IMG/VR virus record: IMGVR_UViG_3300020048_000029
Location: 88,687-152,686 of that record
DNA: 64,000 bases
Strand: one strand, 5' to 3'
Source: a virus
Part shown: in pieces, positions 35,681 to 46,164 of the stretch
How the letters are laid out: each line of letters begins with the position of its first letter
How positions within the stretch are numbered: the stretch's first letter is position 1
The notes under the pieces: generated by a model
The model's input: only the letters and a program-made list of their open reading frames with translations
Told to the model about the DNA's origin: nothing
The model's database searches: none
Translations under genes and position numbers: made by a program

Positions 35681-35935
35681 CTATTTCTTAGAAGTTTTGA
35701 ACTTCAGAACACGCTTCGCTGGGATGTTCAGGGGCTGACCATTGAACGGGTTCGTACCCTGGCGAGCAGCAACATCTGTCCACTTAAACGATCCAAAACC
35801 TGCGATTTGAACTTTGTCACTTTCATTGATAACATCGACAAACCCGAGAATAACTCTTTTTGCTTCGGCCTTTGTAACACCGGTTTTCGCAACAACAGCA
35901 TCAACTACATTGTTGATTCCGCTTACATCTGACAT
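35681..35935 (-). CDS. hup: HU/IHF-family histone-like DNA-binding protein
   Basis: KVQIAGFGSF...AARQGTNPFNGQPLNIPAKRVLKFKTSK. Confidence 0.92.
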   Translation of the reverse strand: MSDVSGINNVVDAVVAKTGVTKAEAKRVILGFVDVINESDKVQIAGFGSFKWTDVAARQGTNPFNGQPLNIPAKRVLKFKTSKK

Positions 35936-35944
35936 AGTAACCTC

Positions 35945-36406
35945 CTACTTTTTAACATAACCCAAATCTACATTGATTGCATTATCACGCGCAATGGTTG
36001 CGAGTTCATCGCATCTCTCATTGTGCTCATTACCGTCATGACCTTTTACCCAGAAGGCTTCGGTCTTGTGGATCTTCATCTGATCGAACATTCTCTTCAT
36101 AAGATCGACATTTTCACATGTCTTCCCAGAAGATGTTTTCCAACCTCTTCTCGCCCATCCATGAATCCACATGTTCATGGAATTGCACACGTACTCGGAG
36201 TCGCTGTACACTTCAACTTTGCACGGTCGTTTAAGACGTTCAAGGTTTTCGATGACAGCAAGCAATTCCATCCTGTTGTTCGTTGTTTTTGCATATCCTT
36301 TAGAGAACTCTCTAATATGGATTCCATGCATCATAATGGCTCCCCAGCCTCCAACTCCAGGATTAGGAGCACAACCGCCATCAGTGTACATTACGACTTC
36401 ACTCAT
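35945..36406 (-). CDS. rnhA: Ribonuclease HI
   Basis: YTDGGC, TTNNRMEL, SDSEY, WVKGH...NERCDELA (D-E-D-D catalytic set). Confidence 0.95.
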   Translation of the reverse strand: MSEVVMYTDGGCAPNPGVGGWGAIMMHGIHIREFSKGYAKTTNNRMELLAVIENLERLKRPCKVEVYSDSEYVCNSMNMWIHGWARRGWKTSSGKTCENVDLMKRMFDQMKIHKTEAFWVKGHDGNEHNERCDELATIARDNAINVDLGYVKK

Positions 36407-36734
36407 AGGTGCCGATAGCCTTATCGATACTTTCTATGATGTCCATATCAATGTCACCTTCAAGGTAAACCTTGTATTCAGTATCTTCACCGAGCACTCC
36501 GTCTGGGTCAATTAACCCACAATCTTGCCCGATGTGCATTTCGGAAAGCATTCTGATAAGTTCAGATTCCTTTCCTTTTGCAACCTTGAACGAGTTCATT
36601 GTTGTCCCATTATGGGAAACTCGAACGAATTCTACGTTTTTGAATGTGTGTTTTTCCTGAGATGGAACAGAAATTTCCATGAATCCCTCAACTTTGTTAT
36701 AAAATAAATCCCTCATCACTATTGTTTTTCCCAA
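36399..36734 (-). CDS. Hypothetical protein, first gene of the rnhA-hup-array operon
   Basis: ORF coupled to rnhA; start uncertain. Confidence 0.55.
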   Translation of the reverse strand: MGKTIVMRDLFYNKVEGFMEISVPSQEKHTFKNVEFVRVSHNGTTMNSFKVAKGKESELIRMLSEMHIGQDCGLIDPDGVLGEDTEYKVYLEGDIDMDIIESIDKAIGTYE

Positions 36735-36739
36735 AACTA

Positions 36740-37340
36740 AGTCCTAATAACACAAAAAACATGTGCGCAAAACACTGTACAGTCAAAAATTTGCATACTG
36801 TACAATACTGTACAAGAAAATTTTTTTGCCCAAAAACGGCATTTTTTAGAAAATTTTGGTCAAAAATCGGGTTTTTCAAAAATAGGAAAAATGCAAAAAG
36901 TACTGTACATTTGTATAGAAAAAAATTTTTAGGCCTGTTTTTTCATCGATAAAAAAATATCTAATACAAACAGATATCTATTTCATCTTTCAAGATTTTC
37001 ATTTTCAAATGAGAAGACAGCACCTAAGTCGTTGATTTTTTATTGGCACAAAAATTGCTATAGACATCATAAGAAGTTCTTATATATAATATATAGATAT
37101 CTACATAGTAATATATAATATATAATATATAATGTATATCTATGCTTACACGGTGTATGACATGCAACATGCACACACCCTCACACACATGGGTGCACAC
37201 ACTTCGGGCCCACACTAGCTTTCTAAAACCGTGCACACGATAAGCAGATAATAATACGCTTTTCCAAATTAGCCTTTCATTGACAGCATCTTAAATTCAA
37301 CTTCTGGAAAAAATCATTTAAAATCTCACATTTCGAGCAA
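36740..37340. other. AT-rich divergent intergenic region; candidate replication origin or packaging site
   Basis: ACTGTACA x4 (36774, 36797, 36807, 36902), clustered A/T tracts, TA-repeat stretch 37081-37140, at the strand switch. Confidence 0.5.
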
Positions 37341-37377
37341 GTGGATGTATTTTTTACTCAGCCGAGGGAGGCCAGAT

Positions 37378-38034
37378 ATGCCAGGAATGTTTGACGAAGA
37401 ATTACCAGTCGCCGAAGAGAATGTTTCTCAAGAAGAATTAATCTCGAAAGCAAACGAAGCCATGTCCAATCAGGGTGTAGACCTTGACGACGAAGAGGAC
37501 GATATCACCGAAGAAGATCTCAAGCTCGCAGAGGATCTTTTGTTCAACGGGTTTGCGGAAAAGACTGTGAGTCACAGTCGGTTTAAAAATTACACGATCA
37601 AGATCTGTTCAACGACACCAGCCGAGTACGACATCGTTGACGTCGCGACTATGCGGTTCATTGACTCGAAGAAAAACTCTAGCGGAGGCGTCGATCTTAC
37701 CGATGCGATCATAAACTCTCGAAGAAGACTTTTCTTGGTCGCTTTGACGGTTTCAGAGATCAACGGGTCCGATATAATTCCAAACGACCCCGTATTGCTC
37801 GCTAGGAACGTCAAGACAGCCGTGAAGAAGTACGAGACGTTCTGTGCTAAGGGTGAACTGGAAAACGCTTCAAAACAGCTTGAATCGATCATTTCCGCGA
37901 TTAACAAAAGAGCCCACACGATCAGCATGAGTATTCCAGCCCAAGTTGTCGAGTGGATGTCACGCCAAAAAGCTGATTTCGATGCGATGATGTCAATCGT
38001 GATTGGGTATGAAAATATCGTCCCAAAGTCTTAA
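37378..38034 (+). CDS. Tail assembly chaperone (gpG-like)
   Basis: Upstream of tape measure; ends in slippery C CCA AAG; ATG 37378 with GAGGGAGG SD. Confidence 0.7.
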   Translation: MPGMFDEELPVAEENVSQEELISKANEAMSNQGVDLDDEEDDITEEDLKLAEDLLFNGFAEKTVSHSRFKNYTIKICSTTPAEYDIVDVATMRFIDSKKNSSGGVDLTDAIINSRRRLFLVALTVSEINGSDIIPNDPVLLARNVKTAVKKYETFCAKGELENASKQLESIISAINKRAHTISMSIPAQVVEWMSRQKADFDAMMSIVIGYENIVPKS

Positions 38035-38327
38035 GGACCACATCAGGATGGGCCAAAGCTGAGATCGTTTACAATTCCGGGGTCTTGCCTGACCCTGGTA
38101 CTTTTTTAGAACTTGTCCTGATTCATAAGGTCCTGTCAGAGAGAATTATAAAGTACCTGACTCCTCTCATAGCTTCTGGGAAAGTTGACATGGAAAAAGC
38201 TATGAAAAATCTCAAAGATGTGATATTCGTTGAGAACGGAGTTGAGTCTAAGAGATACATGAAAAAGGCTATGGCTACTTTCGAAAAAGTTAAAGATATG
38301 ACCATCTCAGTTAGAGGTTTAAAATGA
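38022..38327 (+). CDS. -1 frameshift extension of tail chaperone (gpT-like)
   Basis: -1 frame is open from CCCAAAG (38022) through ORF 38085-38327. Confidence 0.7.
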   Translation, partial: PKVLRTTSGWAKAEIVYNSGVLPDPGTFLELVLIHKVLSERIIKYLTPLIASGKVDMEKAMKNLKDVIFVENGVESKRYMKKAMATFEKVKDMTISVRGLK

Positions 38328-41300
38328 ACTCAACTCGTATTGCTCAAGGTGTCGGAGTTGGATATAATCAATTCGACGGACAAGGTTACGATCCGATGGC
38401 TGAAGGCCCCGGTTCACTCCCTGACTTTAGCATGCGTCCGACAGATAGAGTTGCTCTTGCTGGTAAAGCTATGTTTGACAGAGCGAAGGAGTTTAATCCT
38501 TCGAAAATCAGTCAAGATCAACACTATGAGTTTATCAGAACTCCTAAGTACAACTTCGGTACAAGAACCAACGCAAACATTCTAGGGTACAATTTGCGAG
38601 CTGAAGAACAGTCTCGTGCAACTCAAGGTGCATTGGCAAATGCAGCGATTTACACCAGTACGTTCGCTGCAGGTTCTGGAGTGTGGAAAGGTATCACAGG
38701 AGGCCTCAAAATGAGAGGTCTTATGGGAGGACTTACCGCCGGAGTTGGTGGAACTTTGACTGGACTTGCAATGCCAATGATAATCGCTCAGCCTGCTGTG
38801 TCATTCTTGCAAAGCGGAGTTGAAGCGAACCTCATGCAGAGACAGAAAATCGCAAACACAATCAACGACATCCACTCATCGAAAGCTGCTCTAGGACTAA
38901 CTGGACAGACCGATATTGAGACCAGAATGCTCGGAAGAGACATTTTCAAATCTTACAAGGAGAGAGGCGGGTTTTTCAACGCCGACTCGAAAGAGACTAT
39001 CCACAAGATTGCCATTTCAAACGGTATGATGTCAGCGGTCAAAAGAGGCTCAGCAGACAGTGGTACGATCAAGCAGTACAAGAAGAACTTTGAAGAGCTC
39101 GTAAAGACGACTGAAGAAGTTGTGAAAATGCTCGGGACAACCATCGAAGATGGCATGTCGATCATGAAAACAATGAAGTCTATGGGCTACTCAAGTTTGG
39201 CCGAGGTAAGAGGGGCTATTTCGTCCGCAAAGGGCTTAGGCATGTCAACGGGTCTAGGATATGAAAACATGATGAAAATGGGCTCGCTAGGCGCACAATC
39301 GGTTGCAGGAACTTCTTTCACCGGAGCAACTGGATCAAGAGTTTTCCAAAACATGACAGCCATGGCTGCCACAGCATACAAATACAATTCAGATATGGCA
39401 GCATCGGTTAACCGCGCAGGAGGGCTTGACACTGCGTCAGGAATCCTTGGAAGAGCTACAATGAACGCGATCGCTTCAGGTCTTGGTGACAAGAGTATCG
39501 CTGCAATACTTGACCAAAACAGCACTTTGAAAAACGGTGTTGGAGCAATCGATCCAAAGAAGCTTGCGAAAATGGTTAACGGTGAAATAAGCCCAGTTGA
39601 AGCACTTACAGCAACCGGGAACCTTGTGGCAAAGCTTGGTACCGATAAGGTACTTTGGAACAAGTACAAGGCAGATGCAGTGAACTCAATGGAGCGACCA
39701 GAAGTTCTGCTTGACGGAGCATTTGGGATATGGAGAAAATCAAAATCATTCGCATCAGATAAAGCGGCAAGATGGGCGTTTGCTCAAGAAGTTTCCGGTG
39801 GTGACCACAACAGCTCTCTCGTAGTAAACGACTTCCTTGCAGCAGATCCTAGAATGGATCGTTACAAGGCTGGGATCAGTTCTGCAAATATGCTTGCAAG
39901 CCTTAATGAGATGGGCTCGTACCGACGTATCGGAAGCGGGATGATCGAGAAGGCAGTGTTCGGATACAGAGACTTCAAGAGAAGTGTTGGAAGAGCAAGC
40001 TACAATGCCGGCGGAGCAATACTTGGAGCTGGCGATATAATCTCAGACGTCTCTAGTTCTATCACAATGGGAATGCTCAACAACTTTGGAGCGAATAAGC
40101 TCGGGTACACAACTGTCGGTTCATACGTTAAAAACTTCGGCTTGTCAGACGGCGGGATGTCGCTTACAAAAGAGCAGATGATTGACGACACGTTCGGTAA
40201 CGGCGATAGATCAGTCAGGATAACAGGTGCAATAGCAAGTGATTTCGCTAGTCACTATGCAAAAAGCACAAAGAGAACGAACGTAAGTCACCTGCAAGAG
40301 AAGATGGCTGAAAGAATCAGATCGGGAGAGCTCACATCTGAAGAAGCGAATGCCGCTTTTGTTAAACTGTCTATGGCTAGAAATTCAAAAGAAGCCAACA
40401 GAATGACCGGAACTCTTGGAAGAATGTTTGGGGATGAAAACTTCAGGTTTGGGGAAGGCGAGTGGGTTGATTTCACGACTCAAGGTCAAGAGCTTGAAGA
40501 TGCTGTTAACAAGAAGCCAAAGTCAAGAGGAGAGGCCGTAACTCTCGCTCTAACATCTGCCGGAGGAGCTTCATACCTTCAGAAGCAGACTCAGGCTACT
40601 CAGGAAGAGCTTACAAAAGTCATGAAGGAGTATGTCGCTGCAAACAAGGGTGCTCTTTCCGAAAAAGGAGCCAAGTTTGAAAGAGAGTACGACAGTAAAA
40701 AGTCTTACGCTCCAGGAGACGCTTCAGGTCAAAAAGCTATTGCAGATGCGATAACGAAGGCGATGGATGTCGGAAGTATCAATAAAACCTCTAAAGCTGA
40801 AGATATCTCTAAGCTCGCAAGAATGGATGAGTCTACATACTTAAGCAGAGTGAAAAACAAAAAGGTATCAGATGAAGATGCTGCCAGGGATTACGGAACA
40901 TACGTAAAACGTCTGTCAGGTAATCTTCTTGGCATATCAAGTAATCCAGAGTCAATGAGTCTTTTAAGAAGCAGGATCCAGAGTGGAGAGGTAGTCGTAA
41001 GAGGCCTTGAAGGTAAGCTTGGATCGATCACACAAGGCGAAGCTTCTTTGAGAGGAATTCCTCAACTCAACACAAGAATGGAAGACATTGCAAGACTTGC
41101 TTTGACAGATTCAAAAAAGGCTATGTCAGAATCGTCAAGACTTGTGGCAGAGGCTAACAGGCTCATCCCAGGTGCAGGTTTTAATGCGAATGACATTTAC
41201 GGATACTCAATAAGCGGGATTAAAGACGCGAACAAAAGAGTAGAAGCTCTCACAAGAGCTAATGCGAATTTGAAGTACTCTGAGAAGTCTGGTTTCAAGT

Positions 41301-42292
41301 TGAATGCAGCAGCAAAAATGTTTTCAAATAGAAACGCAAAAGTGTCAGCAGAAGAAGAGATGAAAGCGAATAATGCTGCCAAAGGAATTTCTCCTGCGGT
41401 AATCTCTTTGGCAAGATCAGAAAACCCATACGGCATGTTCGACGGAGTTGAGAAGAGTGACGCTTTAGGAACAGCGAGAGCTCTTGAAGATGCTATGAAC
41501 AGTATATTGCCATTTGATGCTGAAGGGAGAACTTTCAAGGAGTCAAGGCAAGGGCAGCACCTCATAGACCTTCAAGTAAAAGGCTCATTATTCCGCAAAG
41601 GCGGAGATAGTTTCGAAACTATTTTCACAAAAATCGGAGGGCATGTTAAGGCGTCGAACGCTGCAAGAGGTGGTCTTGCATTGAACCAGTTCTACATGAG
41701 TTCAATGGGTGGCAATCCAGCCGGAATGGATAATTTTACATCTCAGGCTTCCACGGCACTTCTTGGAATAAACGGAAATGCTACCAACAATGCGAACATT
41801 GTAAGCAACTTCCTTAATGGTCACAAGGATATTTACAAGAATGTTTATAGAGGCGATAACGGAAGATACACTGCAGATGCGAACATGTTCTACGAAGGTC
41901 AATCGATAGAGAGCGCTCAAGCAGCGGCAATGAAAAAGATTAACGGAACTCTTATAACCTCTGACGCTAAAGCAGCTGTTTACGACAATCAGATTAAGGC
42001 TATCGACAACGCCTTGAAAGAGGTGTTGAACGGAAAAGGGTTTGGAAGCGCTGCAACAGTCCTTAGTGACGGGTTTGACGAAGATTACAAAGCCGCAAGA
42101 AAAGGCTTAAAGCTTGACGGGAAAAACATATCTGCCGAAAACACTGAGAAGCTTCTTAGAAATCTCCAAAAAGATATTGAGTCAAGAAAAGATGCTCAAG
42201 GCTTTAATGAAATGAACTCCGGAAAAGGATCTCCGATTGCTGGAGCACACCCTCCTCAGATGAACTACTGGAACAATGTGTGGATGAGGTAA
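38324..42292 (+). CDS. Tape measure protein
   Basis: 1322-aa Ala/Gly/Lys-rich helical protein after the chaperone pair and before baseplate genes. Confidence 0.75.
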   Translation: MNSTRIAQGVGVGYNQFDGQGYDPMAEGPGSLPDFSMRPTDRVALAGKAMFDRAKEFNPSKISQDQHYEFIRTPKYNFGTRTNANILGYNLRAEEQSRATQGALANAAIYTSTFAAGSGVWKGITGGLKMRGLMGGLTAGVGGTLTGLAMPMIIAQPAVSFLQSGVEANLMQRQKIANTINDIHSSKAALGLTGQTDIETRMLGRDIFKSYKERGGFFNADSKETIHKIAISNGMMSAVKRGSADSGTIKQYKKNFEELVKTTEEVVKMLGTTIEDGMSIMKTMKSMGYSSLAEVRGAISSAKGLGMSTGLGYENMMKMGSLGAQSVAGTSFTGATGSRVFQNMTAMAATAYKYNSDMAASVNRAGGLDTASGILGRATMNAIASGLGDKSIAAILDQNSTLKNGVGAIDPKKLAKMVNGEISPVEALTATGNLVAKLGTDKVLWNKYKADAVNSMERPEVLLDGAFGIWRKSKSFASDKAARWAFAQEVSGGDHNSSLVVNDFLAADPRMDRYKAGISSANMLASLNEMGSYRRIGSGMIEKAVFGYRDFKRSVGRASYNAGGAILGAGDIISDVSSSITMGMLNNFGANKLGYTTVGSYVKNFGLSDGGMSLTKEQMIDDTFGNGDRSVRITGAIASDFASHYAKSTKRTNVSHLQEKMAERIRSGELTSEEANAAFVKLSMARNSKEANRMTGTLGRMFGDENFRFGEGEWVDFTTQGQELEDAVNKKPKSRGEAVTLALTSAGGASYLQKQTQATQEELTKVMKEYVAANKGALSEKGAKFEREYDSKKSYAPGDASGQKAIADAITKAMDVGSINKTSKAEDISKLARMDESTYLSRVKNKKVSDEDAARDYGTYVKRLSGNLLGISSNPESMSLLRSRIQSGEVVVRGLEGKLGSITQGEASLRGIPQLNTRMEDIARLALTDSKKAMSESSRLVAEANRLIPGAGFNANDIYGYSISGIKDANKRVEALTRANANLKYSEKSGFKLNAAAKMFSNRNAKVSAEEEMKANNAAKGISPAVISLARSENPYGMFDGVEKSDALGTARALEDAMNSILPFDAEGRTFKESRQGQHLIDLQVKGSLFRKGGDSFETIFTKIGGHVKASNAARGGLALNQFYMSSMGGNPAGMDNFTSQASTALLGINGNATNNANIVSNFLNGHKDIYKNVYRGDNGRYTADANMFYEGQSIESAQAAAMKKINGTLITSDAKAAVYDNQIKAIDNALKEVLNGKGFGSAATVLSDGFDEDYKAARKGLKLDGKNISAENTEKLLRNLQKDIESRKDAQGFNEMNSGKGSPIAGAHPPQMNYWNNVWMR

Positions 42293-42295
42293 AAA

Positions 42296-43174
42296 ATGTC
42301 AAGATCGATAACTAGATTTGATACCGAAAAGGTTGCAACAATTCTTATCTACGGCGCCGCGACAAATGTCGATGAGTTGCCGTACATTTCTGTTGATGAC
42401 TCGATAGATATCTCTTCACAAGATTCTCCTCCTTCTATTGAAGCCAAAGCTGTGCAGCCTTCTGAGCCATCTGTTACAGGAGCTAAAACAGACCTTGCAA
42501 AAATAGAAGATTCTTACAGCAAGCCAGATACCATAAACATCCTTACCGAAGATAAAAATAAGGATGTTTACGAAGGTACTTGGGATTTTACAGCGACTGA
42601 AACAGAGCAGTCTGAAGAGGCCTTAAGCATAGTTCAAGACATTCAAGACGCAAGGGAATCTGAAGCTGTAAGAAAAAAGAGAGACGAAGACAGGGCAGCG
42701 ATATCTTCTGGAATTGACAAGAGTGGTCCGTACCAAGGAATCCTATCCAATTTCATGGTGACAAACATCATTGAAGATCAGGCGTCTATCAACAAAGTGT
42801 CTCAGAACTTCGGAGGAGACTGGAACGTTTTCTTCATGGGGAAATCACCGAAGATGATAGCTCTATCCGGCATTCTCATAGACTCTCCTGAATACCCGTT
42901 CTACCAGTCATTCCTGAAAGCTTTCGAGGAAAACCTTATCGGAGGATCTCCGATCGCAAACAAGCGTAAATGCGTCATGGTTCTTGATAGCAGGGTAATC
43001 ATTGGGTACATGATGCAAATTAATGTCCAAGCGAATGCAGACAATGTATCTTTGAAAAACTTCTCAATGAGCATGCTCGTTAGAAAAGTCAGATGGATCC
43101 GGTCAACCGGTGAAGGTGGAGAAGTTTACCACAGAGAAGAAGGGTACCTTAACCCAGAGAAGAGCAATGGATAA
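42296..43174 (+). CDS. Putative tail-tube initiator/baseplate protein
   Basis: QNFGGDWNVFFMGKSPKMIALSGILIDS tube-like motif; follows tape measure. Confidence 0.55.
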   Translation: MSRSITRFDTEKVATILIYGAATNVDELPYISVDDSIDISSQDSPPSIEAKAVQPSEPSVTGAKTDLAKIEDSYSKPDTINILTEDKNKDVYEGTWDFTATETEQSEEALSIVQDIQDARESEAVRKKRDEDRAAISSGIDKSGPYQGILSNFMVTNIIEDQASINKVSQNFGGDWNVFFMGKSPKMIALSGILIDSPEYPFYQSFLKAFEENLIGGSPIANKRKCVMVLDSRVIIGYMMQINVQANADNVSLKNFSMSMLVRKVRWIRSTGEGGEVYHREEGYLNPEKSNG

Positions 43175-45095
43175 AAATTCATATAACCACGAATTTATCA
43201 TGTACTTGGAAGGCCAGCTATGCAGCTTTTCAAGTATAAATCTTCAATGCACTCAAGAGGGTGTTGTTGCAAGTATAAACATACCGTACAACGACAAGGT
43301 TTCTCTCATCCCGGTAAAGTCCATGGTTCAAGTATTCTTCAGAAGATGGTTTGAAGATGGAACCGGAAGCAACAGACTTTTTCACCTGTTGTTCGATGGG
43401 TACACCTCAATGGAGTACAAAGTTGACTCAAGCCTTGGAAGAATGGTCTCAGTTGTTTGCAGGGACTTCAGAATGGACATCAGAAAGACGCCATCAATTT
43501 TTACCATGGATGACGAAACGCTCCAGTCTTCTGCTCCGTTTGCGATAAACGGCTTGAACACCGATCTTACAAAAAAGAAGGCGACAAGTAGCAGTACCAA
43601 GGACAACCTTCTCACCTCCGGGCTCATGCTCTTGAAAAACTGCGGAATCGAAGGAACCAAGGTCACCAAGGATACACTCAAGAACATAATCTACGGCGTG
43701 TGGGACACTGCAACCAGCGGAAGTAGAATGGCGATAGAGTTCAACAACAGGCTCGATGTAACAAAGAAGATGGCGATATTCCCGAACTCTGCGAGTGTGA
43801 AATATTTCAACATGCAATACGGGAACGAGCTTATCGGTAGTCACCTTCTTAACTCCTCTTACACTTCATCTGTTGAATCGATAATGTTCAGAGCTGCCGG
43901 CCTATTCTCAATGAAGCCTTTTGGCGTCTGTTGTCCACCAGTAATCAGAACAGATAGCGTGAAAATAGCAGAAACGATCGTGATACCACCACTTGATTTC
44001 ACAGCTCCTCCAGCTTGCAACATAATGTTCCCAAGCATGTACGAAAGAGTTGAGACGCAATTCGACTACGATAGCGACTACACAAGGGCGTACTTCAATG
44101 TTCAAGGTTACTTCGATCAGTCAACCGGAGCAGAGCTTACACAGGTCATAACAATACCAGGTAAGATTGCTACAACGCATATCGAACCAGAGGCAAATTA
44201 CAGCATCGCGTCAGCTCTTACAAAAGAGGAAATGCTAAAAGGAATTAACGTGCTTTACGACACAGTTAGCCAGGAGCTTGCAGGATATCAGAACGGTGCA
44301 GCAAACACTGAATTGAATGTCACACTCGAAAAGCACGCTGTCGTTAAATTCGTAAACGCAAGATTCGCCGGAAGAGTTGCAACGTGTAACATGTCTTTCA
44401 ACCCGTATCTCATGCCAGGATTCCCTGGAGTCATAGTTGCTGACAAGTATGGCAATACCGGCGAAAATCGGTCGATAATTGGAACCGTTCAAACCGTTAA
44501 GCATGTAATCGATATTACAACGAATAGTTGTGAAGCGTCTACTTCTGTAACGCTAAACAATGCGAGATACATAAATGAGCCGTCATCATACGACTTCTTG
44601 TCAGGAGAACCGTCTTTCGATGGCAACGGATATGCAAAAGACCTTCTTGGAGACAAGTCTGTCGCAGAGACATACGCCGACAAAGCCTATGGAACAAAGG
44701 AGATCTACAAGAACTTGTACACCGCGTTCAATGTGTCAAAAGGGATAGCTCTTGATGATGTTATCGGAGATTACGGCACCATCCATGAGGCTGTTCAAAA
44801 GAAGTACGAAAACATCGGCGCCCCGAAAAGTTACCTTGCTGCGATGAACTACGTAAGAAGAGATGTCGCATCTATAAAAGATGTGTATGCAACTCTTTAC
44901 ACTGACTTTCGTGTTGAGATTCTGGACGAAAAAGGCAAACCAAAAGCGGTTCCAATAAGCGAGTTTAATTGGAAGGTAAATATCTACCCGAAGAAATTCC
45001 TTAAAAAGGGTGCGCTAAACACTTCTCGGTATGGAGTTGTAGAATCATATATTTTGCAATGCAAAGATGACACGATAAAACGAGGAGAAAAATAA
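43167..45095 (+). CDS. Putative baseplate hub protein
   Basis: FNPYLMPGFPGVI and IIGTVQTVKHVI motifs; synteny; ATG 43167 preferred. Confidence 0.55.
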   Translation: MDKNSYNHEFIMYLEGQLCSFSSINLQCTQEGVVASINIPYNDKVSLIPVKSMVQVFFRRWFEDGTGSNRLFHLLFDGYTSMEYKVDSSLGRMVSVVCRDFRMDIRKTPSIFTMDDETLQSSAPFAINGLNTDLTKKKATSSSTKDNLLTSGLMLLKNCGIEGTKVTKDTLKNIIYGVWDTATSGSRMAIEFNNRLDVTKKMAIFPNSASVKYFNMQYGNELIGSHLLNSSYTSSVESIMFRAAGLFSMKPFGVCCPPVIRTDSVKIAETIVIPPLDFTAPPACNIMFPSMYERVETQFDYDSDYTRAYFNVQGYFDQSTGAELTQVITIPGKIATTHIEPEANYSIASALTKEEMLKGINVLYDTVSQELAGYQNGAANTELNVTLEKHAVVKFVNARFAGRVATCNMSFNPYLMPGFPGVIVADKYGNTGENRSIIGTVQTVKHVIDITTNSCEASTSVTLNNARYINEPSSYDFLSGEPSFDGNGYAKDLLGDKSVAETYADKAYGTKEIYKNLYTAFNVSKGIALDDVIGDYGTIHEAVQKKYENIGAPKSYLAAMNYVRRDVASIKDVYATLYTDFRVEILDEKGKPKAVPISEFNWKVNIYPKKFLKKGALNTSRYGVVESYILQCKDDTIKRGEK

Positions 45096-45439
45096 TGAGA
45101 GACGAAGTATCAATTGCAATGGAAAAGATAGCTGGAGATGCGTTCGACGGATCCGGCACACTTGCACTTGGAGCTCTTGGCGCCGGAGGCCTTGGGTACG
45201 CAGCTCATAAAAAGGGTTGGATCAATAAAGGCGTTCGACATATTGGAAGCCAGTTCACAGAAGGTGTAAAAGGCAATGTTGCAAGCAGCTTTGCAAAAGC
45301 TGGCGGAGCAATCGGAAAGATTGGCGCCATTGGCGGGTTAGCAGCCGGCGCAATCGCTGGTACAAAATACCTTCTCAAAAAGAACCCTGGGTTTGTAACT
45401 AATTTGAAAAACGCATTTAAACCAGGACTTAACAAATGA
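45095..45439 (+). CDS. Small Gly/Ala-rich hydrophobic protein
   Basis: Two Gly-rich hydrophobic segments; AGGAG SD. Confidence 0.55.
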   Translation: MRDEVSIAMEKIAGDAFDGSGTLALGALGAGGLGYAAHKKGWINKGVRHIGSQFTEGVKGNVASSFAKAGGAIGKIGAIGGLAAGAIAGTKYLLKKNPGFVTNLKNAFKPGLNK

Positions 45440-46128
45440 CACAAGAAGAGCAGTGGATAAACGACTGGCAGACAAAAAAAGATCCTGCTGCATTTTCTGA
45501 GTTGTTCGTAAGATACCAACCTGTCATGCACAAGTTCGTGAACAGCTATAAAAAGGGCGGGATCTCCGAGGCGACACTCAAACTCCAAGCGAACACTCAG
45601 CTTAAAAGAGCGATCGACTCTTACAATCCTGAGATGAACACTCAACCGATAACTCATGTGTACAATCACATGCAGAAGATCCAGAGAGCTGCGGTAGAGT
45701 CGTTGACATCAGGCCGGATACCTGAGAATAGAAAGTTCGAACTCTCAACCTTCAACGTTGCCAAGGGGAACCTTGAAGACCGACTTGGTAGAGAGCCGAG
45801 TATTGAAGAGATGGCTGACGAGATGAAGATCGACAAGGTGAAAGTCGGAAGAATGATGAAAGAGCTTGGCGGGGAGACAAACGCTTCGGCTGCTCAATTT
45901 GATTTTTACGGCAACGGGACTCAGTTTGAGAATGTCGATAAAGCTCTTCTTGACTATTTGTACTATGAGCTCACTGGTCCTGAAAAGGTTGTGTTTGAAT
46001 ACACCTTTGGGTACGGCGGTAGACCTCAGCTTCAGAACAATGAGATTGCCGTTAAGTTGAATACCAACCCAATGGCTATCACGCGAATGAAGAAGAAGAT
46101 GTCTGACAGGATAAAGAGTTACAGATAA
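45436..46128 (+). CDS. Phage sigma-70-family RNA polymerase sigma factor
   Basis: AFSELFVRYQPVM (region 2), LGREPSIEEMADEM (region 3), LTGPEKVV...EIAVKL HTH (region 4). Confidence 0.85.
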   Translation: MTQEEQWINDWQTKKDPAAFSELFVRYQPVMHKFVNSYKKGGISEATLKLQANTQLKRAIDSYNPEMNTQPITHVYNHMQKIQRAAVESLTSGRIPENRKFELSTFNVAKGNLEDRLGREPSIEEMADEMKIDKVKVGRMMKELGGETNASAAQFDFYGNGTQFENVDKALLDYLYYELTGPEKVVFEYTFGYGGRPQLQNNEIAVKLNTNPMAITRMKKKMSDRIKSYR

Positions 46129-46130
46129 CT

Positions 46131-46164
46131 AAAAAAATGGGGTTGAATTAACAACCCCTTTTTT
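46131..46164. terminator. Bidirectional terminator
   Basis: A7-TGGGGTTG-AATTAA-CAACCCC-T6 at a convergent junction. Confidence 0.7.

Noticed and set aside
36697-37236. ORFs 36697-36879, 36722-36952 and 37024-37236
   Set aside because: Low-complexity translations of A-tract, TA and CA repeats.
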